Source: Opitutaceae bacterium
GTDB lineage: Bacteria > Verrucomicrobiota > Verrucomicrobiia > Opitutales > Coraliomargaritaceae
Length of the DNA: 64,000 nucleotides
NCBI GenBank assembly: GCA_051252375.1
Contig: JBPOFY010000002.1
Location: forward strand, 384,001-448,000
Direction: 5' to 3'
Shown: positions 1-11,872 of the stretch, piece by piece
Position numbering within the stretch: position 1 is the stretch's first letter
How the letters are laid out: each line of letters starts with the position of its first letter
Program-made: the position numbers and the translations under genes
The notes under the pieces: generated by a model
Database searches by the model: none
What the model was told of the DNA's origin: nothing
What the model saw: the letters and a program-made list of their open reading frames with translations, nothing else

Positions 1-649
1 GCCCTCCTAAGCCTTGATACAAGAAAGCAGTCACCGTGTGAATCGAGATCGCCCAAGCAATCGAGATGAAGACGAAAGGGATATACCAACGTGGATTGGC
101 AGGAATACCACGGTAACGATTATAGAGCAAATAGCCGCAAATGTGCATATTGATCAGCAAATAGCCGTTCAACACGATCACGTCCCACGTCAGCATCGAT
201 ACGGGGAAGTGAAACTTTCCGATCCCCGGGATCATGTGCCAAAAACGATCGGGACGACCGAGGTCAACCATCACAAATGCTATACACATAAAGATCGCAG
301 CGATCGCGAGCAGCTCACCGATGATCACGATGTCGTGCATGTCCTCATCATGATACAAATAGGCAGGGATCACCATCATCACTCCCCCGGCCGCGAGACC
401 GACCATGAATGTAAAGTTGGCAATGTAGAGACCCCAGGAAACGTGGTCCGTCATGTTCGTCACGCCCATGCCTTCGGTGACCTGAACGGCCCAGGCGTTC
501 ACGCCGACCAGGGCTACGGCTGAGAGAAAAATCATCCACGCGTAGAAGAGCCAATTGCCTTCAGTGGAGAGGACGATCATACGCCAGAGGAACTTTGGAT
601 AGCTCACTAAATGACTACCCCCGGATGCGGCTGTGGGTGATTTACTCAT
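1..649 (-). CDS. NrfD/PsrC/DsrP-family integral membrane subunit (runs off window start)
   Basis: Manual translation from the ATG at 649 (overlaps the stop of the upstream Fe-S gene): MSKSPT...VSWGLYIANFTFMVGLAAGG...VDLGRPDRF. The WG.YI and DLGRP motifs are typical of the NrfD family. Confidence 0.85.
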   Translation of the reverse strand, partial: MSKSPTAASGGSHLVSYPKFLWRMIVLSTEGNWLFYAWMIFLSAVALVGVNAWAVQVTEGMGVTNMTDHVSWGLYIANFTFMVGLAAGGVMMVIPAYLYHDEDMHDIVIIGELLAIAAIFMCIAFVMVDLGRPDRFWHMIPGIGKFHFPVSMLTWDVIVLNGYLLINMHICGYLLYNRYRGIPANPRWYIPFVFISIAWAISIHTVTAFLYQGLGG

Positions 650-1571
650 CGAAGAAATAATAGAAGCTGGGTTTAGTGCCGAGTTCCTCTTTCAGCACGA
701 AGACGCGTTTGTTTTCCAACACCCAGCGAATTTCTGAGTCCGGATCGAGGATGTTACCAAAGACACGTGCACCGGTCGGGCAGGCTTCGAGACAAGCGGG
801 TAATTTGCCCTCGCGAGTGCGATGCATACAGAAAGTGCATTTCTCCATCACGCCTTGTGGGCGGATGCGGTTACTGAGATAGCCTTGCACTGGGTTCACC
901 TCCTCAGCGGGAACGACTGGCTTGGTCCAATTGAAACGACGCGCGTGGTATGGACAAGCAGCCTCACAGTAGCGGCAACCGATACACCAATTGTAATCCA
1001 CTGCGACGATGCCGTCCTTCTCTTTCCAAGTCGCTTCGACAGGGCACACATCCACGCACGGTGGATTGTCGCACTGTTGGCATTGCACCGGCATATAAAA
1101 GGAATCGGACTTTGGAACGGGACCGGAATAATCCGCGCGACCATGCTCCATATCGAGCGAGCCCTTCTTCATTTCCAACACACGGATGTAAGAGTTGCCG
1201 GTAGCTCGGTCGTGGTTGTTTTCCTTGTGACAAGCTTGAGCGCATTTACGACAACCGACACAGATACTAAGGTTGAGCGCATAGGCAAATTTAACGCCGT
1301 CCTGTGCCTTCGAGTCCGTGATGGTCACATCCGCGCCGTAGTTTTCTTTGGCTTCCGCTTCGAGTCGTGCGATCACTTCCTGCATCTGCTCGGGCGATAA
1401 CTCGCGATAGTGATTTTGCAAAAATTCGTCGACCGATTGGTCCGCCGCCCAGTTAGTTAGCGGGGCGATTGCTTTAGCGAAGGCTGCTGCGCCCAAGGTC
1501 GCGCCGACACCCTTAAGTGCGGTGCGCCGTGTGATGCCTTTGGTAGATTCAGTTTTGGGGTCTTCAGACAT
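642..1571 (-). CDS. Tat-exported 4Fe-4S dicluster protein (NrfC/DsrO/PsrB-like)
   Basis: TRRTALK twin-arginine signal; four Cys clusters (CVGCRKC..C, CQQCDNPPC..VCP, CIGCRYC..ACP, CTFC..C..ACP). Confidence 0.9.
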   Translation of the reverse strand: MSEDPKTESTKGITRRTALKGVGATLGAAAFAKAIAPLTNWAADQSVDEFLQNHYRELSPEQMQEVIARLEAEAKENYGADVTITDSKAQDGVKFAYALNLSICVGCRKCAQACHKENNHDRATGNSYIRVLEMKKGSLDMEHGRADYSGPVPKSDSFYMPVQCQQCDNPPCVDVCPVEATWKEKDGIVAVDYNWCIGCRYCEAACPYHARRFNWTKPVVPAEEVNPVQGYLSNRIRPQGVMEKCTFCMHRTREGKLPACLEACPTGARVFGNILDPDSEIRWVLENKRVFVLKEELGTKPSFYYFFDE

Positions 1572-1576
1572 ATTGA

Positions 1577-2221
1577 TTAGTGGCTAGAATGCTCGCCGTT
1601 CTTTGGCGGAATAATGTCCTGCGGAGGAAAGACAGGCATGAGTTGTGGATAGGCAGGTGCGTGCACATCGTGGCAAACCATGCAGGCATTACGCTGGCGA
1701 GGGCCGCGGGAAAGATCCCAGTAACCATTCATACCGCCATGCGAACCGTGTTGATAATCTCGATATTGAGGACCGTGGCATTGCGCACAAAGCTGCATCG
1801 CATTTTCAAAACCTACGTCCGTTCCATCCGCGAGTTTCAGCGTGTCGTAGTTGTCCTCGTTATGGCAACTCAAGCAACTAAGGTTACCGTGCTGCATGAT
1901 CAAACCTTGGTGAAAGGAATCTAAATCTTCACTCGTGCGTGTTGCCGCAGGGGCACGAGTCGAGTGGCAGGTAGCACAAGCCACCTCAACCGGCTCACCG
2001 CCGTGCGTTAACGCATCGGTCAATACTGTCGGCATCGTAGGCTTACCTATGATTTCCACTTCGTAGCGCTTCTCTGAACGTAGCGCGTAATCCCCCCCGA
2101 TTCCCTCCGCCTCTGCAAAAGAGGAGAAAGAGTGCTGATAAATCCAAAAGCTACCCGCAATAATAGCAGCGCCAAGTAAGAGGGATACAGTTCCGATGAC
2201 GGTCGAAGTTTTCATCTGCAT
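1577..2221 (-). CDS. Membrane-anchored tetraheme c-type cytochrome
   Basis: N-terminal hydrophobic helix; four CxxCH motifs (CATCH, CLSCH, CAQCH, CMVCH). Confidence 0.85.
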   Translation of the reverse strand: MQMKTSTVIGTVSLLLGAAIIAGSFWIYQHSFSSFAEAEGIGGDYALRSEKRYEVEIIGKPTMPTVLTDALTHGGEPVEVACATCHSTRAPAATRTSEDLDSFHQGLIMQHGNLSCLSCHNEDNYDTLKLADGTDVGFENAMQLCAQCHGPQYRDYQHGSHGGMNGYWDLSRGPRQRNACMVCHDVHAPAYPQLMPVFPPQDIIPPKNGEHSSH

Positions 2222-2311
2222 CCATTCATGAGCACTTCTTTTTCTTAATTCAAGAATAAAAGGTATTTAATTCTTGATAATTATTTTTTGGCTGACTAGC
2301 TTACGAAAAGA

Positions 2312-2589
2312 ATGAGCAAACAACGCCCATGGCACACCGCTCTCAGCAGCTTAGTCGTCACCCTTGCGGATGACGCAAACCTAGCTGCATCCACGACCAC
2401 CGACATCGCCGCACACGAAGCGATCACTGTTGAGAAAGCCATAGGCGCTTACTTACCGGTCGCCATCGAAGCCGCCGACGCACGCCCAATCCATCAGTGG
2501 TTAGAGTCGCTGCCTGGTGTGCGCTACGTCGATGTGGTTTTTTGCTCCACTGAATTCCCTGAAGATGAACCCCAAGCCCAAAGCGTCTA

Positions 2590-2590
<1 letters not shown>
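2312..2590 (+). CDS. napD: NapD-like chaperone
   Basis: Small ferredoxin-like-fold pattern (SSLVV...LESLPGVRYVDVVF) directly upstream of napA. Confidence 0.6.
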
Positions 2591-5022
<2,432 letters not shown>

Positions 5023-5025
5023 GCC

Positions 5026-5847
5026 ATGCCGCACAAAGCCAAATCGATTAAAGCAACCACCTTGGTTGTCGCTGCCGTCTTCACCATATCGGTCAGCGGT
5101 TTCTTCATGGGCATGCGGCAGACCGTGAAAGAAACAGGGCAACCCGTCGATCTGCTTACCCAGCATGATGAAGCAGACCATTCGACACACAGTGTGAAAC
5201 CCGCAGTTGATTACAGTCTAATCGCAGAAGCTGGCTTCGGTCCGAATGCGCATTTCAAAAGCCAGCTCAACACACTCGTCAGCCACCCAGCAGACTCGGG
5301 ACACCCGATTCAATTGCTGGCTACCGCAGCCGTGCTACGCGAAAAAAGGAATGCCCGCCGCGCCTATGATGGTGCCCCGCCTATCGTGCCGCACCCGATC
5401 ACACAAGACAGTGCCGCAAGTTGCCTACAGTGCCACAGCAAGGCCACCCAAATCGGCGATGTGGTTGCACCCGGAATCTCACACCCGATCTACACCAGTT
5501 GCACGCAATGCCACGTATCCGACAAAGGCCTCGGCAGTCGCTGGAACACCGCTGAGTTCGACCTACACACCGGCAATCGCTTTGCGGGCAACTACGATGC
5601 TAAGCCAGTCGAACGCGCCTATACCGACTCGCCGCCCACTATCCCACACCAAGTGCACATGCGCCAAAACTGTATGAGCTGTCACGGCGAGCTAGGCACC
5701 AGCCCCATCCGCACGACGCACCCCGAGCGCCAAAGCTGCACGCAATGCCACGTCCCGAGCGGGCAAGTCGACAAGAGCAATTTCGCCGAATCGCCCTTCC
5801 CTCTCATTGAAGAAATGCTTGAAGCCAAGGAGGCAACAACCCCCTAA
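5026..5847 (+). CDS. napB: NapB-like cytochrome c, tandem-duplicated (four hemes)
   Basis: Two NapB-type modules (Y.gaPP.vPH...CxxCH...CTQCHV); four CxxCH in total; N-terminal anchor. Confidence 0.75.
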   Translation: MPHKAKSIKATTLVVAAVFTISVSGFFMGMRQTVKETGQPVDLLTQHDEADHSTHSVKPAVDYSLIAEAGFGPNAHFKSQLNTLVSHPADSGHPIQLLATAAVLREKRNARRAYDGAPPIVPHPITQDSAASCLQCHSKATQIGDVVAPGISHPIYTSCTQCHVSDKGLGSRWNTAEFDLHTGNRFAGNYDAKPVERAYTDSPPTIPHQVHMRQNCMSCHGELGTSPIRTTHPERQSCTQCHVPSGQVDKSNFAESPFPLIEEMLEAKEATTP

Positions 5848-5873
5848 CCTTCCACCTTCATTTCCACTCCTAA

Positions 5874-6215
5874 ATGGCCGCACTTTCCAGACGCGATTTC
5901 TTCAGCCGCTTTGTTCCCAAAGCGCCTAAACCGATCGTCGCCAGTAACGAAGTCGAGGGTCCGCAAGTTGCCATCATCCAGGGCCGTCACTGCCTCGCCT
6001 ACCAAAAGAGTTTTTGCTCCGTCTGTAGCGAGCGCTGCCCGGAACCAGAAGCCATCATCACTCAACGTGGCATCCCACATATCAACGCCGACAAATGCAC
6101 CGGTTGCCGTATCTGCTACGACGTCTGCCCCGCACCGACCAATGCCATTTTAATAACCAAGAAAATGGAAAGAGCCGCCCCATCCAGTTCCACAGAAACC
6201 ACGCCTTTCTTTTAG
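5874..6215 (+). CDS. NapF-like 4Fe-4S ferredoxin
   Basis: LSRRDFF start; CSVCSERCP and CTGCRICYDVCP motifs. Confidence 0.75.
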   Translation: MAALSRRDFFSRFVPKAPKPIVASNEVEGPQVAIIQGRHCLAYQKSFCSVCSERCPEPEAIITQRGIPHINADKCTGCRICYDVCPAPTNAILITKKMERAAPSSSTETTPFF

Positions 6216-6225
6216 CTATACAATT

Positions 6226-6531
6226 ATGTCAACTGAAACACCACTTCCCGAGCTCCATCAAACCGTGCTCACTCCCGACCACCTCAACGCACTCTTCAAC
6301 GATTTGGAGAGCTGCACAGAGATACTCCTCGTCATGCCCAAAGCAGCACCGGGCTATGTCGGCATAAAAGAAGTCAGCCTCGAAGAAGGAAAAACGCTCC
6401 TCGTAAACGGCAGTCTACGTGGCCTTCAGATCCGCTACCAATATCAAGGCGCAGAATGGTGGGACACCCTCATCAACCGCGACGGGCAAATCCACATCAC
6501 CCGTATCCAACAAAATTTCCAAAACTCTTAA
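6226..6531 (+). CDS. Hypothetical protein in nap operon
   Basis: 101-aa ORF closely spaced and co-oriented with the nap genes. Confidence 0.6.
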   Translation: MSTETPLPELHQTVLTPDHLNALFNDLESCTEILLVMPKAAPGYVGIKEVSLEEGKTLLVNGSLRGLQIRYQYQGAEWWDTLINRDGQIHITRIQQNFQNS

Positions 6532-6534
6532 CTC

Positions 6535-6577
6535 TCCACTTCCCACTTCCCACTTCCCACTTCCCACTTCCCACTTT
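6535..6577. repeat. Heptamer tandem repeat (CCCACTT)n, about 6 units
   Basis: ctccacttcccacttcccacttcccacttcccacttcccactt read directly. Confidence 0.9.
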
Positions 6578-6583
6578 TAAATT

Positions 6584-6835
6584 ATGCAAATCGAAAACAT
6601 AGAAACTCACGGCCACGAAGTCCTCGAAATGATGATTGAGTCCGGCCATCCTTACAGCAACGAGAGCCTGAAAACTGCGATCGATCTGAAATTCGGCACC
6701 GACGCACGTTTCTACATTTGCTCCGGCGGCAACATGACTGCCAACGAGCTCATCGAAGCACTCTGGGCAAAAGACAAGTTTACCGGCACAACCGAGTCCT
6801 TCGTCTTTGACCCAGCTAATCGCTGCAACCACTAG
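6584..6835 (+). CDS. YecH-family putative metal-binding protein
   Basis: HGHEVLEMM start; FG...RFY.CS...M.A.EL; ends in C-N-H. Confidence 0.8.
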   Translation: MQIENIETHGHEVLEMMIESGHPYSNESLKTAIDLKFGTDARFYICSGGNMTANELIEALWAKDKFTGTTESFVFDPANRCNH

Positions 6836-6851
6836 GCGAAAGCTCTGCTCC

Positions 6852-6966
6852 TTGAACATCGAACTTCCAACGTCCAACGCTGAACTTCGAGAAAAGAATA
6901 CTATCATGGATTTAAAACCTTCCCCCGATTCAACCTTCGACGTTGGAGGTTCGACCTTCGATGTTC
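6852..6966. repeat. Inverted pair of degenerate heptamer arrays
   Basis: Left arm ttgaaca-tcgaact-tccaacg-tccaacg-ctgaact; right arm ttcaacc-ttcgacg-ttggagg-ttcgacc-ttcgatg-ttc (approximate reverse complement). Confidence 0.75.
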
Positions 6967-6983
6967 CGCAAACGCACAAACCG

Positions 6984-7322
6984 ATGATTAAAAACATCCC
7001 ATTCGGCGAATCCGTCGCACTCACCGACATGGTCAGCTATCAAAGCGGGCAAGTCGTCAGCCGCACGCTTGCGCAGAACAAGCACATGAACATGAGCGTA
7101 TTTGCTTTTGCTAAAGGTGAAGGACTCAGCACGCACAGTTCAAGTGGCGATGCCATGGTGCAAGTGCTCGACGGTGTCGGACAATTCACCGTCGGCAAAA
7201 ATCCACCGGTCAAAGTCGCCAAAGGTCAAACCATCGTGCTGCCCGCCAACGTGCCACACGCTGTCGACGCACCGGAAGACTTCAAAATGCTACTCACCGT
7301 CGTTAAGCCGCCGAAAATCTAG
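6984..7322 (+). CDS. Cupin domain protein
   Basis: FAFAKGEGLSTHS...LPANVPHAV cupin motifs; start taken at MIKNIP. Confidence 0.85.
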   Translation: MIKNIPFGESVALTDMVSYQSGQVVSRTLAQNKHMNMSVFAFAKGEGLSTHSSSGDAMVQVLDGVGQFTVGKNPPVKVAKGQTIVLPANVPHAVDAPEDFKMLLTVVKPPKI

Positions 7323-7714
7323 CGCGACTGCAAACGGATCTTATTCAGCTGATTGCCGCGACAAACATCCATCACTTCGGTGACATGTTTGAGCGGCACA
7401 TCTTCGTCGGCGATCAACAGCACAGGCATGTCCGGAGTGGTCCTGCCAGCGATTTGCATGGCTGCTTTCAACTCATTGATCGCTACGGAACGATCATTTA
7501 GAAAGACCTCCCCTTCGGGGCTGATGGCGATCACGATTTGCTCTTTAATATCGTTCTTACCCGCGGTCTCAATCTTTGGCACCGTGATATTCAGCGTGCT
7601 CACTTGCTTGAACTGCATCGTAACCAAAAAGAAAAACAACAACACCGTGAGCACATCGACCAAAGGGACGATGTTAATGGTGGGCTGTCGGCGCCTGCGG
7701 TTTACGAGAGACAT
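7319..7714 (-). CDS. exbD: ExbD/TolR biopolymer transport protein
   Basis: INIVPLVDVLTVLLFFFLV and IADEDV motifs. Confidence 0.9.
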   Translation of the reverse strand: MSLVNRRRRQPTINIVPLVDVLTVLLFFFLVTMQFKQVSTLNITVPKIETAGKNDIKEQIVIAISPEGEVFLNDRSVAINELKAAMQIAGRTTPDMPVLLIADEDVPLKHVTEVMDVCRGNQLNKIRLQSR

Positions 7715-7747
7715 GTGTGAGTAAACAGTGGAAGTGAATCGTCTTCG

Positions 7748-8326
7748 TTATTGCTGCGCTGATTTGCGCTCGCGCAGCTCAATGAGGCATTCCACCCCGA
7801 CGCTTATACGAGCAGCCAAAGACTCGACACGACGCAGTAGATACGCGTGTGCAGCCAAAGAAGGAATCGCGATCGCTAGTCCCAAAATCGTGGTGTTCAA
7901 CGCCAGTGCGATGCCCTTAATAAAGGCAGCTGGATCAGGCAGACCTGTGTCTGCGGAAAAGCCACCAAAGACTTGAGTCAACCCTGTCACTGTGCCGAGC
8001 AAGCCAAGCAACGGTGCCGCGCCAATCACGACCTCTAAAAGAAACATCCCCCGCTCCATTCGGCTCACTTCCAGTCGAGCAAAAGCATTGAGTGCATCGG
8101 CATCCGGCTGACGCTCACGATAAAAACTGACTATGCGCCCAGTCACGGATGACATGCTAGACTCCACCTTATCCAAATCGCCTTCCACAAAAGCATCCAC
8201 CATGTGGGTGGGAATGACCCGTGAGTTGCGCAGCGCAATCAAGCGCTCGATCGTTATAAATACGGCAATGAAGGAACACACCGCCAAGGGGTAGAGAAAG
8301 ATGCCTGCGTTATTGAGTAAATCCAT
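7748..8326 (-). CDS. exbB: MotA/TolQ/ExbB proton channel protein
   Basis: APLLGLLGTVTG and GIALALNTT.LGL.IAIP motifs. Confidence 0.9.
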   Translation of the reverse strand: MDLLNNAGIFLYPLAVCSFIAVFITIERLIALRNSRVIPTHMVDAFVEGDLDKVESSMSSVTGRIVSFYRERQPDADALNAFARLEVSRMERGMFLLEVVIGAAPLLGLLGTVTGLTQVFGGFSADTGLPDPAAFIKGIALALNTTILGLAIAIPSLAAHAYLLRRVESLAARISVGVECLIELRERKSAQQ

Positions 8327-8480
8327 GGTAGTGATATGAGAGCGATCAAATGGTCGACGAAGTCATCCGAGCTTGGTCACCCCGAAAACAACATGGTTCC
8401 TATCTGCCAGAACTTTCACGATACGGCTAGCGCGAAAATTAGATGTTCCTGGAGGGCGATGCTGCGCAAATGACCTCAAA

Positions 8481-8661
8481 TGGAGGGCGATGCTCCGTCA
8501 TCGCCGCCCGTTAGTGCTAAGTCTATCAAACGCTCGGCGGTTGCGACGGAGCGCAACCCTCCAAAACACGCACGCCAATGGAGGGCGATGCTCCGTCATC
8601 GCCGCCCGTTAGTGCTAAGTCTATCAAACGCTCGGCGGTTGCGCCGGAGCGCAACCCTCCA
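8481..8661. repeat. Two tandem 83-bp REPIN units (TGGAG-footed REP family A)
   Basis: 8481-8563 and 8579-8661: tggagggcgatgctccgtcatcgccg...cggcggttgcgacggagcgcaaccctcca, one mismatch between copies; partial arm at 8450. Confidence 0.9.
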
Positions 8662-8705
8662 GAAAGAGAATTTACATCTTCATATATTAATACAAATATC
8701 CAAAC

Positions 8706-9182
8706 ATGAGCGACCTTCCTGAACGCAAGCGTCCAGCGCAGCAATCTGTCCATGAACATGGCAATCGCTCATCTATCATTTTTGTAACTGTCTGCACGCA
8801 TGAACGCCAATCGATTCTAGCCCAGAAAGACATACATCACTTGCTAATCAAAAGCTGGGAAGCCGCGAATCACTGGCTTGTTGGACACTATATGATCATG
8901 CCAGACCACATCCATTTATTTTGTGCACCGGCAAACTATGAACATACTTCGATCCAACAATGGATTCGTTTTTGGAAATCTTACGCATCCAAGCAATGGC
9001 CTCGAGTCGAAGAACAACCAATCTGGCAAACTAATGCATGGAACCGTCAACTGCGTAGCGGAGACAGCTATTCAGAGAAATGGGCTTACGTGCAAAACAA
9101 TCCTGTGCGCCATAACAAAGTGACCAATGCAGCAGATTGGCCATACCAAGGAGAGCTAAACACCTTGTATTGGCATGACTAG
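8706..9182 (+). mobile_element. REP-associated tyrosine transposase (RAYT, IS200-like Y1 HUH)
   Basis: FVTVCT, MPDHIH HUH motif, WQ, YVQNNPV..., WPY; flanked by REPINs. Confidence 0.9.
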
Positions 9183-9187
9183 TTTCA

Positions 9188-9270
9188 TGGAGGGCGATGC
9201 TCCGTCATCGCCGCCCGTTAGTGCTAAGTCTATCAAACGCTCGGCGGTTGCGACGGAGCGCAACCCTCCA
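9188..9270. repeat. 83-bp REPIN, family A
   Basis: Identical to 8481-8563. Confidence 0.9.
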
Positions 9271-9271
9271 C

Positions 9272-9306
9272 AAAAAAGGCGCAACCGAAGTTGCGCCTTT
9301 GCTTTT
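9272..9306. terminator. Bidirectional intrinsic terminator
   Basis: aaaaaaggcgcaac-cgaa-gttgcgccttt between convergent genes. Confidence 0.75.
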
Positions 9307-9323
9307 AAAATAAATCCCGTTCG

Positions 9324-9497
9324 TTATTTTAGAACACCAAGAACAAGCAACAAGGCGTGAATTATCGCCCCCACACCAAAGGTAAGTAAAAGCAGCACGA
9401 TGTTGATGATAAGTGAAGTGCCAGCGCCCTTCTTGAAAAACACCGCCAGTGGTGGCAGGAGTATCGCGAGAATGATTAGAACGATTTTATTATCCAT
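9324..9497 (-). CDS. YqaE/Pmp3-family small membrane protein
   Basis: Manual translation (57 aa, below ORF-track cutoff): MDNKIVLIILAILLPPLAVFFKKG...IIHALLLVLGVLK. Confidence 0.85.
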   Translation of the reverse strand: MDNKIVLIILAILLPPLAVFFKKGAGTSLIINIVLLLLTFGVGAIIHALLLVLGVLK

Positions 9498-9573
9498 ATT
9501 GAGTGTGTGTTAGTGGTTTGTGTGATGCTTCAGTTATGAAGCAACTGAAACACTAGCGCTTTTCATACCAATG

Positions 9574-10176
9574 TCACGCTTGCATGTAGGAGAGCTTCCC
9601 CGCGGTTGCGGCTACATCGCCGGCGCCTTCAAGTAGCTCTGCAAGTGGATCGTAGTTGCCACTCAATAGGCTATCGCGTGCACCTGGCTTGATTTCGCAA
9701 GGCACCGATTGATCGCCAAAGCTGATCTTATGATTTTCGACATCAATCGTGAGTTCGACCTCAGGATTGGCTTCGATTGCCGCGGCGATAAGCTTACGAT
9801 CAGCATCGGACGCAATCACGCAGACCACGCCGAGGTTGATGGAGTTGCCGAAGAAAATTTCAGCAAAGCTACCAGCGATGACAGCATTGTAACCGGCACG
9901 GAGAATCGACTGTGGTGCGTGCTCGCGAGAGCTGCCGCAACCAAAGTTGTTTCCGCTAACGAGGATCGACGCCTTTGCAAAGCGAGGATCGTTGAGGTTA
10001 TGCTTTTTATCTTCGCCCGACTCGGTCTTACGCACGTCGTGGAAGAGATATTCACCGAGACCATCAAAGGTGATGCACTTCATGAAGCGTGCAGGGATGA
10101 TGCGATCGGTATCGATGTCGTCACCGGGAACGAAAACGCCCTTTCCGGTAACTTGTTTAATAGGTGTAGCTGGCAT
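9574..10176 (-). CDS. leuD: 3-isopropylmalate dehydratase small subunit
   Basis: DIDTDRIIPARF and NFGCGSSREHAP motifs. Confidence 0.95.
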   Translation of the reverse strand: MPATPIKQVTGKGVFVPGDDIDTDRIIPARFMKCITFDGLGEYLFHDVRKTESGEDKKHNLNDPRFAKASILVSGNNFGCGSSREHAPQSILRAGYNAVIAGSFAEIFFGNSINLGVVCVIASDADRKLIAAAIEANPEVELTIDVENHKISFGDQSVPCEIKPGARDSLLSGNYDPLAELLEGAGDVAATAGKLSYMQA

Positions 10177-10208
10177 GACTTTTTAAAATTTGAATTAAGA
10201 AAGGAGAC

Positions 10209-11624
10209 TTATGATTTAAAACCGAAGACCTGACGGGCATCGGAAACTTCACCGGTCACGGCTGCTGCTGCGACCATGATCGGGCTCATCAACATTGTGC
10301 GACCAGTCGGGCTGCCTTGGCGGCCCTTGAAGTTACGATTCGAGGAGCTGGCGCAAAGTTGATCGCCGACGAGTTTGTCAGGGTTCATCGCCAAACACAT
10401 GGAGCAACCTGCTGCGCGCCATTCGAAACCGGCTTCGATAAAGATCTTATCAAGGCCCTTCGCTTCAGCAATCTTCGCGACGACTTGAGAACCGGGAACG
10501 ATGATAGCTTGCACGCCCTTAGCGACCTTGTGGCCCTTGACGTATTTCGCAACTTCTTCGAAGTCGGAAAGACGACCGTTGGTGCAGGAACCGATGAAAG
10601 CGACGTCGATCTTCTTACCCTTGATTGGGCTGCCGCCTTCGAACTGCATGTATTCAAGCGCTTCGGCGATAGAGTCTTTGTCCGATTGTGTCGGTGCGTC
10701 GGCGATGGTTGGAATGTTTTCCTCGATGCCAACGCCCTGCCCTGGAGTGATGCCCCAAGTAACAGTTGGTTGAATCTCCGTGGCGTCGACGTTGACGACG
10801 TCGTCGAAAGCACAACCTTCGTCAGATGCGAAAGACTTCCATTCAGCAACGGCTGCGTCCCAAGCTTCACCGGTTGGTGAGTATGGGCGACCCTTGAGGT
10901 ATTCGAAAGTAGTTTCGTCTGGATTGACATAACCGACACGGGCACCGCCCTCGATCGACATGTTGCAGACCGTCATACGCTCTTCCATGGTGAAGTTCTC
11001 GAAAGTGCTGCCGGCATACTCGTAAGCGAAACCAGTGCCACCTTGTGTGCCAAGGAGACGGATGATGTGTAGAATCACGTCCTTCGCATACACACCAGGA
11101 AGCAAGTCACCAGTCACGTTGATGCGGCGAACCTTCAGCTTGTTCAAAGCGATGGTCTGCGTGGCCAACACGTCGCGCACTTGGCTGGTGCCGATGCCGA
11201 AGGCAATCGCACCGAAAGCACCGTGTGTCGCAGTGTGGGAGTCGCCACAAGCGATCGTTGTGCCCGGTTGAGTGATGCCCTGCTCGGGACCTACGATGTG
11301 AACGACACCCTGTTTACCAGTATTGGTGTCGAAGAAAGTGACGTTGTTTTCAGCGCAATTCCTACGCAGCTCCTCGATCATGCCCTGTGCGAGCGGATCG
11401 CTGTAAGGCTCGACCGCTTCGTTGGTAGGCACGATGTGGTCCACCGTAGCAAAGGTGCGGTGCGGATACTGGACCGTTAAGTCCTTATCTCGCAGCATGC
11501 CAAAGGCTTGCGGGCTCGTCACTTCGTGAATCAAGTGCGTGCCAATCAATAATTGCGTCTGTCCGTTGGCCAATTGGCGAACGGCGTGCGCGTCCCATAC
11601 TTTTTCAAATAAGCTTTTGCTCAT
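10209..11624 (-). CDS. leuC: 3-isopropylmalate dehydratase large subunit
   Basis: [40 protein letters not shown] motifs. Confidence 0.97.
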   Translation of the reverse strand: MSKSLFEKVWDAHAVRQLANGQTQLLIGTHLIHEVTSPQAFGMLRDKDLTVQYPHRTFATVDHIVPTNEAVEPYSDPLAQGMIEELRRNCAENNVTFFDTNTGKQGVVHIVGPEQGITQPGTTIACGDSHTATHGAFGAIAFGIGTSQVRDVLATQTIALNKLKVRRINVTGDLLPGVYAKDVILHIIRLLGTQGGTGFAYEYAGSTFENFTMEERMTVCNMSIEGGARVGYVNPDETTFEYLKGRPYSPTGEAWDAAVAEWKSFASDEGCAFDDVVNVDATEIQPTVTWGITPGQGVGIEENIPTIADAPTQSDKDSIAEALEYMQFEGGSPIKGKKIDVAFIGSCTNGRLSDFEEVAKYVKGHKVAKGVQAIIVPGSQVVAKIAEAKGLDKIFIEAGFEWRAAGCSMCLAMNPDKLVGDQLCASSSNRNFKGRQGSPTGRTMLMSPIMVAAAAVTGEVSDARQVFGFKS

Positions 11625-11872
11625 GGTAATGTCCTCTCAGGAGGGGGTTAATCTCAAAAGCGTCTCAATAAGGATAGCTTTGCACGGTCTGGCAATCGCA
11701 AAGCGAAATTTTGATGCATTGCCCTATAGTATGCGAAAAAATCATTTCGATTGACTTCCCCGCCGCTGCTGACGTTATCGCGCGTTTAATTTACCCCCCG
11801 CTCCCACAAAGGCGGGGTTTCTCATTTTTTTAGGGCTAACTTCTGACATCTAGCTTCTAACACTTAACTACC

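Noticed and set aside
6807..6983. N-terminal extension of the cupin ORF
   Set aside because: It runs through the heptamer inverted repeat; the start is more likely at 6984.
8481..8661. Possible CRISPR array
   Set aside because: Units are 83-bp palindromic doublets with identical internal spacers, adjacent to a RAYT, and no cas genes are present.
8373..8722. Short ORFs across the REP repeats
   Set aside because: Translations are repeat-derived (MLRHRRPLVLSLS..., MEGDAPSSPP...) and recur wherever the REPIN occurs.
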